64,000 bases of DNA from Octopus vulgaris (GCA_951406725.2 OX597816.1:75330001-75394000), one strand, 5' to 3'; counted from the stretch's first letter, positions 13,620 to 25,430 are shown. Made by a program: numbers and translations. The notes: generated from the sequence alone by a model not told the origin.

Positions 13620-13862
13620 TGACTCCAGTACTTATTTATAAGTCTGGTACTTATTCTGTTGGACTCTTTTTGCCAAATCGCTAAGTTACAGTGATGTAAA
13701 CAAACCAACACTGGTTGTCAGGCAATGGTAGGGAGACAAATACACTCACATATATGTACAACAGCTTTCCACACAGTTTCCCTCTACCAAATTCACTCAT
13801 AAGACAATGCTCAGTCTGGGCCTATATAGAAGACACTTGCCCAAGGTGCCACACAGTGGGAC
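13620..13862 (-). mobile_element. SINE family B (CORE-like) fragment; partner fragment at 15514-15750
   Basis: Reverse complement of ...cccactgtgtggcaccttgggcaagtgtcttcta...gaatttggtaga..., the family seen intact at 36628 and 39768. Confidence 0.75.
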
Positions 13863-14560
13863 CAGATGTTGGTTGATATAGGCAAGAAATAGGGATATGC
13901 TGTAAATGGATTACACTAGCTGAGTAGAAAAAGTTTGTGTTGACATTAGAAACTACTCAAGGAAGAGAAAGACAAGGAAGGCAAACCATAGAAAGAATTT
14001 GTGAAGTGAGATCTGAGGATGTTGAACAGCACAGATTCGAGAGTAGCAACAATATAACCCACTGCAGCCTTGTCTGACCCATTCTAATTGATGATGATAA
14101 CTTGATTTGATTATTGTGATTGTTCTAGAACTAGGCATATGACATTAAAAAGTCCAATGACAAGATTTGATTTGATCTTGGGCTTGCAAATAAACTAATT
14201 TATCAAACTGCACATTAATTTCTAGTAAATTTTGTCTTCTATAACAGACACCAACACCACCCTCTCTCACTCTCCCACTCTCTCGCCTCCCTCTCTCTAT
14301 CCCTCTCTCAATTTCCTACCACCCCAATAGCTTTGCTGTTTTATAGAAAGAGAAAATGTAGTCAACTGTTGAAGACCTGTTGCAACATCAATGTTAACTA
14401 TCTGCCTGATAGGCTGTTACCAATCTCCCTTAGCTTAAATTCTTGCATGCTTGGCAAAGTGATGTGTTTTTACTTGGTGATTCAGATAAAGGGGTAAGTT
14501 GAATAATTAAATCGCAGTTTTCAAAGACTTTTGCTGTAAAACTTTAAACAAATGTAAATC

Positions 14561-14963
14561 TAGTTCTATATTTGAGAGATGAGGAATTATGTACATTATT
14601 TACATTTGACAAATACTTGTCCTCATCTTGTTTGTTAACACGTTTCTGCTGATATACTCACCAGCCTTCATCAGGTGTCTTGGGGAAATTTCAAAACTGG
14701 GTTCTCATTCGTAAGGTATTTTTCGATGTTATTATTAGTCAGGTCTCCGGACATATGGCATCGTGGTTAACCCCAAGATTCTGAGTTCAATTCCAGGCAG
14801 TGACCTGAATAATAATAATAATAATAACATCGAAAAATACCTTAGGAACGAGAACCCAGGTTCGAAATTTCCCCAAGAAGGCTGGAGAGTATATCAGCCG
14901 AAACATTGTGTTAATAACAAACAGGATGAGAACAAATATCCGTCAAATGTAAAAAATGTAAAT
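14561..14963. mobile_element. Inverted pair of a tRNA-headed, hammerhead-motif-containing retroelement (Penelope-associated SINE/retrozyme-like)
   Basis: Minus-strand copy 14561-14745 and plus-strand copy 14746-14963 are reverse complements over ~150 bp. The plus copy has A-box-like TGGCATCGTGG (14756-14766) and B-box GTTCAATTC (14785-14793). Hammerhead core boxes are present (see next feature). Confidence 0.6.
14637..14679 (-). ncRNA. Degenerate minimal type I hammerhead ribozyme motif
   Basis: The minus strand reads GACAC-CUGAUGA-aGGCUG gugaguauau CAGCa-GAAAC-GUGUU: both core boxes, stem II and stem I (GACAC/GUGUU). The NUH triplet after GAAAC is missing here but present (AUU) in the plus copy at 14905-14907. 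Confidence 0.5.
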
Positions 14964-15134
14964 CTGTCTTGTTATTCTTTTCACACACAGAAAAATAAGA
15001 GATTGACCACACATCAGAGGACAAGTACCTTCTCATCCTTTTACTCACAAAAAAAAAAACTTATAGCAATCACTGATTAAATCTGTAATGGCTAGACTAA
15101 TTTGTAACTTATGCATTTGTCAACAACATGATTT

Positions 15135-15310
15135 CACTACACTCTCGGAGTGGTTGGCGTTAGGAAGGGCATCCAGCTGTAGAAACTCTGCCAGATCAAG
15201 ATTGGGGCCTGGTGCAGCCATCTAGTTCGCCAGCCCTCAGTCAAAATCGTCCAACCCATGCTAGCATGGAAAGCGGACGTTAAACGATGTTGATGAGGAG
15301 GAGGATGATT
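15135..15310 (+). mobile_element. RTE 3'-tail fragment
   Basis: cactacactctcggagtggttggcgttaggaagggcatccagctgtagaaac...ccatgctagcatggaaagcggacgttaaacgatg matches the tail at 8563-8733. Further copies lie at ~19170-19330(-), 21679-21822(-), 26815-27120(-), 27690-27840(+), 45400-45600(-) and 48700-48845(+). Confidence 0.85.
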
Positions 15311-17399
15311 AAATAATTAGTAAATATTTATGCACAAACAACATATATTAGAAAACCAAAGATAAACATAAAATAGTTGAGCTTTTTTAGCCTTTTTGAT
15401 ACCAACTCTACCATTCTTAATGTCCAATACTAGCCATGGAATGGGAATAACACTAGCTCTACCCATACTCAATCACCATTTCTACCATAATCTATCTCTC
15501 CACTCCTTGTGGAGCCAAATTGCTAAGTTACAGTGATGTAAACAAACCAACACTGGTTGTCAGGCAATGGTAGGGAGACAGATACACTCACATATATGTA
15601 CAACAGCTTTCCACACAGTTTCCCTCTACCAAATTCACTCATAAGACATTGTTCAGTCTGGGCCTATGTAGAAGACACTTGCTCAAGGTGCCACACAGTT
15701 GGACTGATCCTAAAACCATAAGGTTCTTAATCATACAGTTATGCCTGCTCCTGCTGATTATTTATATCTCTATTTATAATATATATATATAGAGAGAGAG
15801 AGACCTCCCCACATACATACACACACATTTTATTTAAAATTTGGAGTAACTGTCAATAGCTGCCAATTTCACCATCAATCAGTTCATTCAGTAATGATAT
15901 TAATTCAATTTTCATTTTGTTCATGTTGATATAATAAGGATGAAATATATTTATTTCAAATAATTCATAGATTATCTTTGATGTGTCTATATTTATGCTT
16001 CTCTATACAAAAAAAATGTATATTTTAAAATTTAAACAGATAAAAGCATTCTTCTCTCATTTCTTATCTAATCTAATATGAATACACTGAAGATTCATTA
16101 ATATCTTTACGTAATCAATTGATAGCTTGGAAAACTTCTTAAACACTTGGCCATATCTATGTCTCACACATGCAGACATTCTCATTTATACATGCATACA
16201 GTCTCTCATGCACATACATACACTCTCACTTGTGCATACATCAATTCTCTCTCACTTTCTCGGTGACATACACATATACAATCTCTGTCACTGCATATGT
16301 ACAGTCTTTATTTTTCACATACATACATATTATTTGTATACATTTACATTTTTTCTTTATTACACACACACTCATGCAGTATTTTGGAAAGATATTTGAT
16401 CTATTTATTAGTTTTTTTCTCATAAACAAAATTTTATCTATCTCTCTCACACATGCATACTTACAAATATGCACAACTGCACTTTCTTTCCTTCACAAAC
16501 TTCCTGTCCCTAACCCCTCCATTTTTTCTCAGATTCTTGTTTCTACCTCTACCTTTCTTTCTCAATTTCTCACATATACATAAGTAAAATATTTGACTTT
16601 TTTTTAAAGTATCTTTTCTCATCTATCAGTAAAGTGCATCTGTGTGATAGCTGTAAGCAACCCTCATATTTCACATATACTGATATGCAAAAATGTGTTC
16701 AAAGTTATTGATTGGGTGGTGGTAGTTTTGGTTAATTGCTTTACTTGTTTCCATTTTGTTGCTACCAGCTAGCCATATGCAAGGAAGTTTGCTCCTACAT
16801 AGTTGCTTGACCTGTTAGAAGTAGAAACCAAACACCCTTCAAATTACACCATGCTACATATATTGGGAAACGTGGCATTGGATATATTATACCTAGAAAA
16901 AAAAATGCAAAGTTCACAATCAGAATGTTTTTCATCATAAATCAGTTTGGTGAGAGATGACCTATGGTTGAATTACAACTAGCCAACCAAATAAGGTCCA
17001 AGGAGTCTGAAATGACACACTAATAAATCAATTCTAACTTCTTTACTATTTTACTCTTATCATTAGAGATAGTTGTTATTGTCAATCATTATTCATTGTT
17101 GGAGACACATACATGTGGCCACTGAGATCAAAGCCCTGTGTATGCAGGTGGGCATAGGAGCACTAAAGTGGATACTATTTTGTGTTGCTTTTTGCTGGCA
17201 ACCACAAAGAGATGGGCACTGGTCATCTTTAATGTTCTTGTTATTCAGTTCGAATCCTGCTGAAGTTGAGAGTCAAAATACAGTAAGTCAAGAACAAGGG
17301 TAAAACTTAGTACTTGACTATTACTTGTATCAATTAATTACCCCTACCACCCTCTCACAATTGCTGACCTTATGCCTATATTTAAAAACATTATTATTG

Positions 17400-17650
17400 A
17401 TAAGACTGCAAAGTAGCAGAATTTTTATTGTGCCAGATAAAATGTTTTCTGGTATTTCTTCTGACTTTACTTTCTGGGTTCAAATGCTACTGAGGTCAAC
17501 TTTGTCTTTCATCCTTTCAGGGTTAATAGAATAAGTACCAGTTGAACACTGGAGTTGATGTAATTGACTAATCTCTTCTCCCTACCCAAATTTCAGGCCT
17601 TGTGCCTATAGTAGAAGGACTTATTATTATTATTATTATTATTATTATTG
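17400..17650 (+). mobile_element. tRNA-derived SINE (Meta-like core) with (TTA)n tail
   Basis: Same core and ...caaatttcaggccttgtgcctatagtagaagga tail as 9966-10180. Confidence 0.8.
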
Positions 17651-18137
17651 AGTGAGAGAGCAGTGCATGCCATCAAAGTGACACTGGGGTAAAATATACG
17701 AAGCCCAGTATACCCATCATGACTACCTGTCTGATAAGGGTACACCAGGCACATGCATCACAACCATATGTGCGCGATATAGTGATCTCATATCAAGATA
17801 AACAGCACATGACCTTGCAGGTGGGGCCCAGTTAGAATTTTCTTCTGGTCGAGTAACCCATCCCGCTCAAAAGGTCCCTGAATAAGGGTTGTTTAAGGAT
17901 GTTGAACGAAACACCCATGTTTCCAGAGGTGAATTATTCAAACTTCTAAAATTTCCTTTCAACACACGGCTATGATGCTCCCCCACTACTTCTGCTCGTG
18001 ATCAGAGATGCACATATCGTCAGCCATTAATGGACATGCTCAACTGATTAAGGTCAAACAACTGACAAGCAAATCTGTGGTATTGAGCAGAATATTTGCT
18101 GTAGCCCATCTTTTATACCAAGACAAAACAATGTACT
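17650..18137. repeat. Unclassified ~490-bp interspersed repeat embedded in (TTA)n
   Basis: GC-richer, CpG-retaining block sharply bounded by (TTA)n on both sides. No ORF; family not determinable from the window. Confidence 0.45.
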
Positions 18138-18156
18138 TATTATTATTATTATTATT

Positions 18157-18895
18157 AAATATTTGGTAGATTGAGGCAAATTTCTACTGCATCATCTGCT
18201 ACACCTCTATGTTGCTGGGGTGTGTGCAGCATTGTGTGTTCTTTTCTGTTGTTGGTAGTGTGAAAACTCTTCCTAGTACTGTAGTGTATTAGTTTTTTTT
18301 TCCTTGAGGTGTGGTGCTGTCTTTTGCTGTGTTCTTGTATTGTGTGTTGAGTGTGTAATGCTTTAGTTTTCATGGCTTACTGGTGGGAGTTTATTTCACT
18401 GGGTAAATGCTGTATAGAGTGTGTCTTGTATTTGTGGGCTGTTTTGTTTCGGTTGCATTATTGGATTGATAGTGTTTTGCTTAGGATATAGGCTGTTCCT
18501 AGCAGGGTTATATTTTGGATTGTGTGTAGTGATGAGGATCCAGGTGTAGCTTCTACATTTTTGTTCATATTGTTTTATCACACCCAATACTCCGATTATT
18601 ATTGATATTGTTTTTACCCTCATACCCCACATTTTGAACACTTTGATTTTGAGGTCTTTGTACTTCAACAATTTCTCCACTTCTTTTTTGACAATATTTT
18701 GATCAGAAGGGACTGCAATGTCAATCAGTAAGCAGGTGTTTTTTCCCCAATCCTTGACAATTATGTCTGGGTGATTAGCTTTTATTTATTTTTATTTATT
18801 TTTTTTTTCTGGTTTGAACCAGCATATCCCAGATGATTGTGGTCTGGTCATTGTCTTGTACCTTGCTTAGCACATGCTTATACCACCTGCTGTTA
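18157..18895 (-). mobile_element. R4/Dong-like (RLE-type) non-LTR retrotransposon 3' fragment
   Basis: The minus strand encodes NHPDIIVKDWGKNTCLLIDIAVPSDQNIVKKEVEKLLKYKDL...MWGMRVKTISIIIGVLGVI, a restriction-like endonuclease PD..D..K..KY motif. Flanked by TTA/TAA repeats, the known Dong target type. Confidence 0.75.
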
Positions 18896-19470
18896 GTTTT
18901 ATTACTATTATTATTAAATCTGGCAGAACTAGTAGGACATCAGACAATAATTTGTGTTATTTAATTGCATCTCTTTATATTGGGAGTTTAAAAGTCTTTC
19001 TGAAGTTAATTTTTGCTTTTCATCCTTCTGTATTTGATAAAATAAAATACCAGTCATGTCCTGGGACTGATTTCATTAACTGCTCTATCCCCTCAAATAA
19101 GCTATAGTTGTGTGCTTCACTTAGGAATTGCTATTATTAAGGCAAGTTAAGCCTCTGCACATAGGCTCCATCATCATCATCATCATTATTTAACATCTGT
19201 CTTTTATGGTGGCATGGGTTGGATGGTTTGACAGGAGCTAGCAACCCAGAGGACTGCACCAAGCTTCACTGTCTGTTTTGGCATGGTTTTTACAGCTGGA
19301 TGCTCTTTCTAACACCAGTCACTTTACAGAGTGGACTGGAGGAAATATAAATAACTGGTGCAACACCCACTATCTCAAGATACAAATCAAGAAAACCTTT
19401 ATAAATCAGTGAAAGAAAAATCATCAATATTAAGGAAACAGACCATTCAACACACATACATATGCACATA

Positions 19471-20365
19471 CATGTCCTGATCAATAAGTATCCAGACTGT
19501 TGCTATAGTAACAAAGCTAAAGCATGGAAAGTGAAGCTACTTGACATAGATTGATCTTGAACTCTGCTGTGCATGTGCACTAAGTTTTAACATTCTAGCT
19601 CACTTCCACTGTTTACAGCAGTGCTTGGAAGGAAGGTGGGTAGTGTGTGATTGTCGCATTGACCATGACAGAGAAAGTCGAGCAGAGAATCTACATCAAA
19701 TTTCGCAAAAAGTTTCGCAATACCTGCTCAGAGGCCTATGCAAAGTTTTCAAAAAGTTTTCATTGTTCTCAACACAATCAAGGAGATCTTGTGCAACTGA
19801 AATCCGAGTGTCTTTTTGGTCAGCTGAAAACTGTTTTGGCACAAACTTGGTAGACACACGTCTCATACCCAAATCTTCAGGGATAATGGACTGAACTGAA
19901 CCGTAACTAATCTGCACATCCTCTGATAACTCACAAATGGTGATTCAACAATTTCCCCTCACAGCTGCATGCACGTCTGTGATGTTTTTCTCAGTTCTGC
20001 TGGTTGCGTGTCTCCCCAAACATTCGTCAATATCAACATTTTTTTGGCCATTTTGGAAACATCTGAACCACTTGTACACTTTCGTGCAGCTCATACACTC
20101 CTCTACATACACTTTCTGCAACTTTGCCCAGGCCTCTGAGCAGGTATCGCCATGACAACTTTCTCTATCACGGTCAATGTGACGATCACACACTACATAC
20201 CTTCTTTCCAAGCACTGCTGTAAACAGCAGAAGTGAGCTAGGATGTTAATACTTAGTGTGCATGCACAGCTGAGTTCAAGGTCAATCTGTGCCAAGCGGC
20301 TTTACTCTGCATGCTTTAACTTTGTTACTATGGCAACAGTCCGGATATTTATTGATCAGATCTCG
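19471..20365. mobile_element. Palindromic mariner derivative made of two inverted 5' ends
   Basis: TA|catgtcctgatcaataagtatccagactg ... cagtccggatatttattgatcagatctcg|TA. ~280-bp inverted arms. Transposase N-terminus on + (MTEKVEQRIYIKF) and on - (..VYKWFRCFQNG..ISYGSVQSII..LGMRRVSTKFVPK). Confidence 0.85.
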
Positions 20366-21490
20366 TACACACATACATAATCTATGTATGTGTGTGTGTG
20401 TATATATTTAGTGCACATACTTGTGCACTCACATTCATACACACGCACACACATAAAATTAACTAACTGTAAATAAAGGATAATTTAAAACTAACAGACT
20501 AAGACCTATTTTACAATTTTTTCTTGATCATTGTCTGAGTAGGTAGAGCATTAATGTTCTGAGTTCAAATCATACTCAGGATAGTTTTGCCTATTACCAA
20601 TAACAATTTTTGGAAGCTGATTTAATTTTTTCAGCCATTACCCATGTAGTTTCAGGTTCATCCCACCACATGGCACCTTGGGCCATGCGGTGGTCTTCTT
20701 CTATAGCTCCAGGCTGACCAAAGACTTGCGAGTGGATTTGGTAAATGGAAACCGAGAAAACATTGTATGTGTGTTTTATGTGATGTCATGTGATAGTTGT
20801 AAATGAATTGCCCTCCTTGGAAACAGGTAAGGATTGACAACATGGGAAAGTGGTAGACATAAAAACTATGATGAAGTGATGATGTTGATGACAATGGTGA
20901 TGATAATGATAGCCCCAAACCCATGACATGTGATCATGTTATAAACAATTATTATTAAAAGGCTTGGGAGTGAAAATGAATAGGTGTCATACAAAATACT
21001 TTACAATAGCTACATCATTCTCCTTTTATGTTCTGTATTCAGATTCTGGGGGTGTTGTCTTTTCATCTTTCAGGTTTAATATAAAAAAAAGTACAGGTAA
21101 ATGCTGGGGCCATTCTAGTTGGTCCTATTCTCTGATATTATTATGTTATGGCAATGGTGTTCTCCTCATTTGTCACACTGGAGATGATCCATTCAATATC
21201 ATTTTACTTTCATTTGTATTACTACTGAAATAATTTCTCCATTAATTTGTAATACTTTCTAAATATGTAGAAGACATTTAGTTTGTCCTGTATCACAAAG
21301 ATCAATGCCTTGATTTTTTGGTTAATTTCTTTTTTTATCAGTGACTATGATTTATTCACATCCACACATATATCCATCATTCCCATATATATCCTTTCAT
21401 CAGTGTCTTGTCAAATCCACCCTGTAATTTCAAGATTTTGACTATTCTTAGTGCCTTCAGTCTTAAATAATCTACTAATCTCTTTTATTA

Positions 21491-22111
21491 CATGGAAAAA
21501 TGCGAGCATGAAAAGTAATATTCTTAAGATTATAAACCTGGAAAAGTACAGAAAAAGTTATTACGCCAGGAAAAGTATAGGACAAACTATTACTTCAAGT
21601 AAAGAATAAGAAACTTTTTACTTAAAATATTGCAGCAAAGAATACCAGTTCTTCTAATTTATCACTCTTTACAGTTCTCATCATCATCATCATCATTTAA
21701 CATCCGTTTTCCATGCTAGCATGGGTTGGACGGTTCAACTGGGGTCTGGGAAGCCAGAAGGCTGCGCCAGGCCCGGTTTGATCTGGCAGTGTTTCTACAG
21801 CTGGATGCCCTTCCTAACGCCATTCTTTTAAATTTATTGTACAAAACTGTTCAGCTAATTTGTAAGTTTGTCTAATTAGTCACTTTTTTCTGTATTTAAG
21901 GTAGTAAATTAGCCAATTTCTACTTAAATAAGTATAGTGTTATTTGTAAACTATAATAAAATAATTTTCAATATTCAAATTTTAATTTTAGCTGCAATAT
22001 TTTAAGTAAAAAGTTTCTTACTCTTCTCTTTACAGGTGTAATAACTTGTCCTGTAGTTTTCCAAGTTTATAATCTTAAGAATATTACTTTTCATGCTTAC
22101 ATTTTTCCATG
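21491..22111. mobile_element. MITE with ~145-bp imperfect TIRs, TA flanks and a nested RTE tail (21679-21822)
   Basis: catggaaaaatg.gagcatgaaaagtaatattcttaagattataaac... is mirrored by ...gtttataatcttaagaatattacttttcatgcttacatttttccatg. An inner mirror block pairs aagaaactttttacttaaaatattgcagc with gctgcaatattttaagtaaaaagtttctt. Confidence 0.75.
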
Positions 22112-22598
22112 TAATCCATGATTTTTCCAGGCATTGCTGTTTAGGATTTTACCTTATAAACTACTGGGTAGGGGGATACATTGGCTGCTATTTTAAGCGT
22201 GTTGAGTGACCAGGTAGAGGCTTTTTCATTGGTTTGATTGTGTGATGAAATTCTTTTACACATATATGTATAATATGAATATATATCATCAGCAGAAGTT
22301 AGAGAGTCAGTCAAAAGCTGAGAGTTTCATGTATTGGCATTTATCAAACACGAATTTGTCCATTGTCACTCTCTAACTTGTGACGAAATAACTTCTAAAA
22401 TGCAAAATTTTGTCAAAAATGTTAAGAGTAAACCCTGTTGTATGTGACACATTGTACCAGTATTGGAAGTTTCAAAGTGTTTAGTCAAAAAAAAATAATT
22501 AAATAATCTAAACGTCAAATTGAATAGTTCTGAAATGGATAAAAAGTAAAGTTGACCTCAGCAGAATTTGAACAAAAATTGTAAACACAGCCAAAATA

Positions 22599-22833
22599 CC
22601 TATTTCTTTATTACCCACAAGGGGCTAAACATAGAGGGGACAAACAAGGACAGACATAGGTATTAAGTCGATTACATTGACCCCAGTGCGTAACTGGTAC
22701 TTAATTTATCGACCCCGAAAGGATGAAAGGCAAAGTCGACCTCGGCAGAATTTGAACTCACAACGTAACGACAGACGAAATACCGCGAAGCATTTCACCC
22801 AGCGTGCTAACGTTTCCGCCAGCTCGCCACCTT
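22599..22833 (-). mobile_element. Young full-length tRNA-derived SINE (Meta-like core, alternative tail)
   Basis: CpG-rich copy of the family at 9966/10234 with a different 3' tail (...tgtttagccccttgtgggtaataaagaaata). A close sister copy lies at 55744-55974(-). Confidence 0.88.
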
Positions 22834-23085
22834 AGAATGTAAACTTTCATTTTAGCAATATATTCTTTATTATTCTTATTGCTAAGCATTACTTCCTTAC
22901 ATGAAATTTCATGGCATTTCACCCCATAACTTTTCTTCTACTGGTTACACTAGAAGCAGTGTACAGTGAACAGAAGATAATGGGACATGTGATAAAGGAA
23001 AGTGCAAAGGGGTGGGAGTAAATGATAGGGTTATTAGAGAGATGAGACACTATAAGAGCTGCAGAGTTGACAGTTATATATGTAT

Positions 23086-23116
<31 letters not shown>

Positions 23117-23229
23117 CCTACACATATATCCATACACTTGCATACTATACATGTACATACATATATATGTACCTGAAGATACATTTATCTATATGTTTAA
23201 TTTAAAAACAATTTTTTGTTTTCTTTCAG

Positions 23230-23496
23230 AAAACACAAAGAAAGAAAATACAAAGAAAGAAAACACAAAGAAAGAGAATGGAAAGAAAGATCATATGAAG
23301 AAAGATAATACAAAAAAAGATAATATAAAGAAAGACAATATGAAGAAAGACAACAACAAAAAAGAGAGCAAAAGGTCTCAAAAGAAAAAATCTGGTGTCT
23401 GCTCAGTGCTTGGCAAATTCTTGCTTGTTATTGTGCTCTGTTCCTCAGCATTTGTCACGTTATACTTTCTGAATGATAATGTTCGTGAAATTGTTG
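23230..23496 (+). CDS. ASPH: ASPH internal exon: Lys-rich cytoplasmic repeat plus type II transmembrane helix
   Basis: Polypyrimidine tract and acceptor (ttttttgttttctttcag|AA, phase 1); donor G|GTAAGT at 23497. Encodes ENTKK-type repeats, then KKKSGVCSVLGKFLLVIVLCSSAFVTLYFL (hydrophobic TM). The phase-1 donor joins the 29509 exon in frame (G+AT = Asp). Confidence 0.85.
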
Positions 23497-24949
23497 GTAA
23501 GTATTTAAAACTTATTTTTGGTGCTCTTGTTTTAATTGATAATGTCTTGTGTTAGTAAAATTGTTGTTTTTGTTGATGATGTGTAACCTTTACATCAGCC
23601 TTCTTCATTGCTACTGCTATTGTTTAGGTATAGTGATCCCAGTTGGTCTTGCTTGAGCTGAGCTATAATTATTGTTGCTGGGGATTAGTGACTCTAGTCA
23701 GTCATGTTTGAATAGATCTATAGTTTAAGGGTAGCCAACTGAACAATGAGGGGGCATCTTGCAAGTTTGTACTCTGAATATGCTGAAACTGTTTCTTTTG
23801 AGGTCAGGGGTTTGAATAAGTCCAGAAGAAAGATACCTTTAAATTATGATTATATGATTGCATTAAAAAAAATATATAAACAACATAACCCGAAGCTATC
23901 TTCTCAGTAAGATAAAGTATGATTATATACAGATAATTGAATGTTATGTATTGTGTGATAAAATCTATAATTAATCTGAGTCACTTTCTGTCAGAGCTAC
24001 CCCATATTCTGTATACAACAGAATTTCTTTATAAAGTATATATGCCTAAACGAGACAGCATGTGTCTTAAGTTAACTAGTTCTTGTAAGAGTTCAAGCAG
24101 ACTTAAAATTATGAGTCTGTTTCCTGATTTTGTGCGCTCATTAAGTTGGGGTTTAAACTCCTAAAATATTCACAGTTTACATACTGTACTTATATACAAT
24201 CAATCAGATATTATATGTGCTGTATTGTGTAATATATACTTAGTCTTTGTCATTTTCGTTCAAGCAGTGTTACATTCTGTTTATAATGTGTACACTTAAA
24301 TGAGAGTGCAATGTAACATAGGTTTACTGGATGTTGTACAGGTCTAAATGATCTTGAATTTGCATTAGTCTTCCTAATCCAACAATCTCATTAATTTGGG
24401 TTTCAACCCAGAATAATCTTAGCAACAAAACCAGATTACTTCATATACTGTGTGGTATAATTTATGATTAATATAGACTAGTTTGCGAGTAGCGACTGGA
24501 TTGTTAAGGTACCACTAGAGAATCTGTGGCCAGGTAGGATATTTGGTGGTCAAGCAGTCTAGCTAACACCATTTCTTATCAAGTATACCTCAGAGAAGAT
24601 TTGGTCTCAGCACAACCAAATAAATACTTGTCAGGTGTAATGCTGAAGCATATATTATACTAATAGAAAGTTTGCAACTCTGTATTCCATTTTATCCATA
24701 TTTTTATCAAAAAAATTTTGTCAGTCATTGTAAGTCTGACTGTCATCAATGGACATGATGTAAGTGTTGCAGAGATTTTATAGAGATTTAATGGAAGAGG
24801 TTTCTTTAAAACAAATGTAGTACTGTTGAGTCTCATTACCTATTAGATCATCAGATGTCTTTGAGGATTTCATTGTATGATATGTTTCTAATAGTCAAAA
24901 TGAGGCTGGTGATGCAGGTTCTCCCAGTTATTGACACTTATGTGTATAA

Positions 24950-25430
24950 TCATCATCATCATCATCATCGTTTAGTGTCTGCTTTCCATGCTAGCATGGG
25001 TTGGGCGGTTCAACTGGGGTCTGGGAAGCCAGAAGGCTGCACCAGGCCCAGTCTGATCTGGCAATGTTTCTACGGCTGGATGCCCTTCCTAACGCCAACC
25101 AGTCCGTGAGTGTAGTGGGTGCTTTTTACGTGCCACCAGCACAGGTGCCAGACGAGGCTGGCAAACGGCCATGATCGGATGGTGCTTTTTATGTGCCACC
25201 GGCACGGGGGGCAGGCGAGGCTGGCAACGGCCACGAACGGATGGTGCTTTTTACGTGCCACTGGCACGAGGCCAGTCGGGGCGGTGCTGGCAATGGCCAC
25301 GTTCGGATGGTTCTCTTACGTGCCACTGGCACGAGGCCAGTCGGGGCGGTGCTGGCAATGGCCACGTTCGGATGGTTCTCTTACGTGCCACCGGCACTGG
25401 TATCACAGCTGCAATTTCCATTGATGTTGA
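24950..25430 (-). mobile_element. RTE 3' UTR fragment with tandem ~65-bp modules
   Basis: Reverse complement of ~8360-8733, with (CAT)n at 24950-24968. The unit ttacgtgccactggcacgaggccagtcggggcggtgctggcaatggccacgttcggatggttctc occurs twice (25251-25380). Confidence 0.85.

Noticed and set aside
14746-14800. Functional tRNA genes at SINE heads
   Set aside because: Only A/B-box-like remnants; no complete cloverleaf could be folded and each head continues into a repeat body.
23497-23555. In-frame read-through after the TM exon (GKYLKLIFGALVLIDNVLC-stop) as a junctin-like short isoform
   Set aside because: The donor is a consensus GTAAGT and there is no supporting signal; a short open tail is expected by chance.
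25120-25400. Regularly spaced palindromic GC-rich repeats superficially like a CRISPR array
   Set aside because: The spacers are themselves repeated, the block is the reverse complement of the RTE 3' UTR at ~8360-8733, and the context is eukaryotic with no cas genes.
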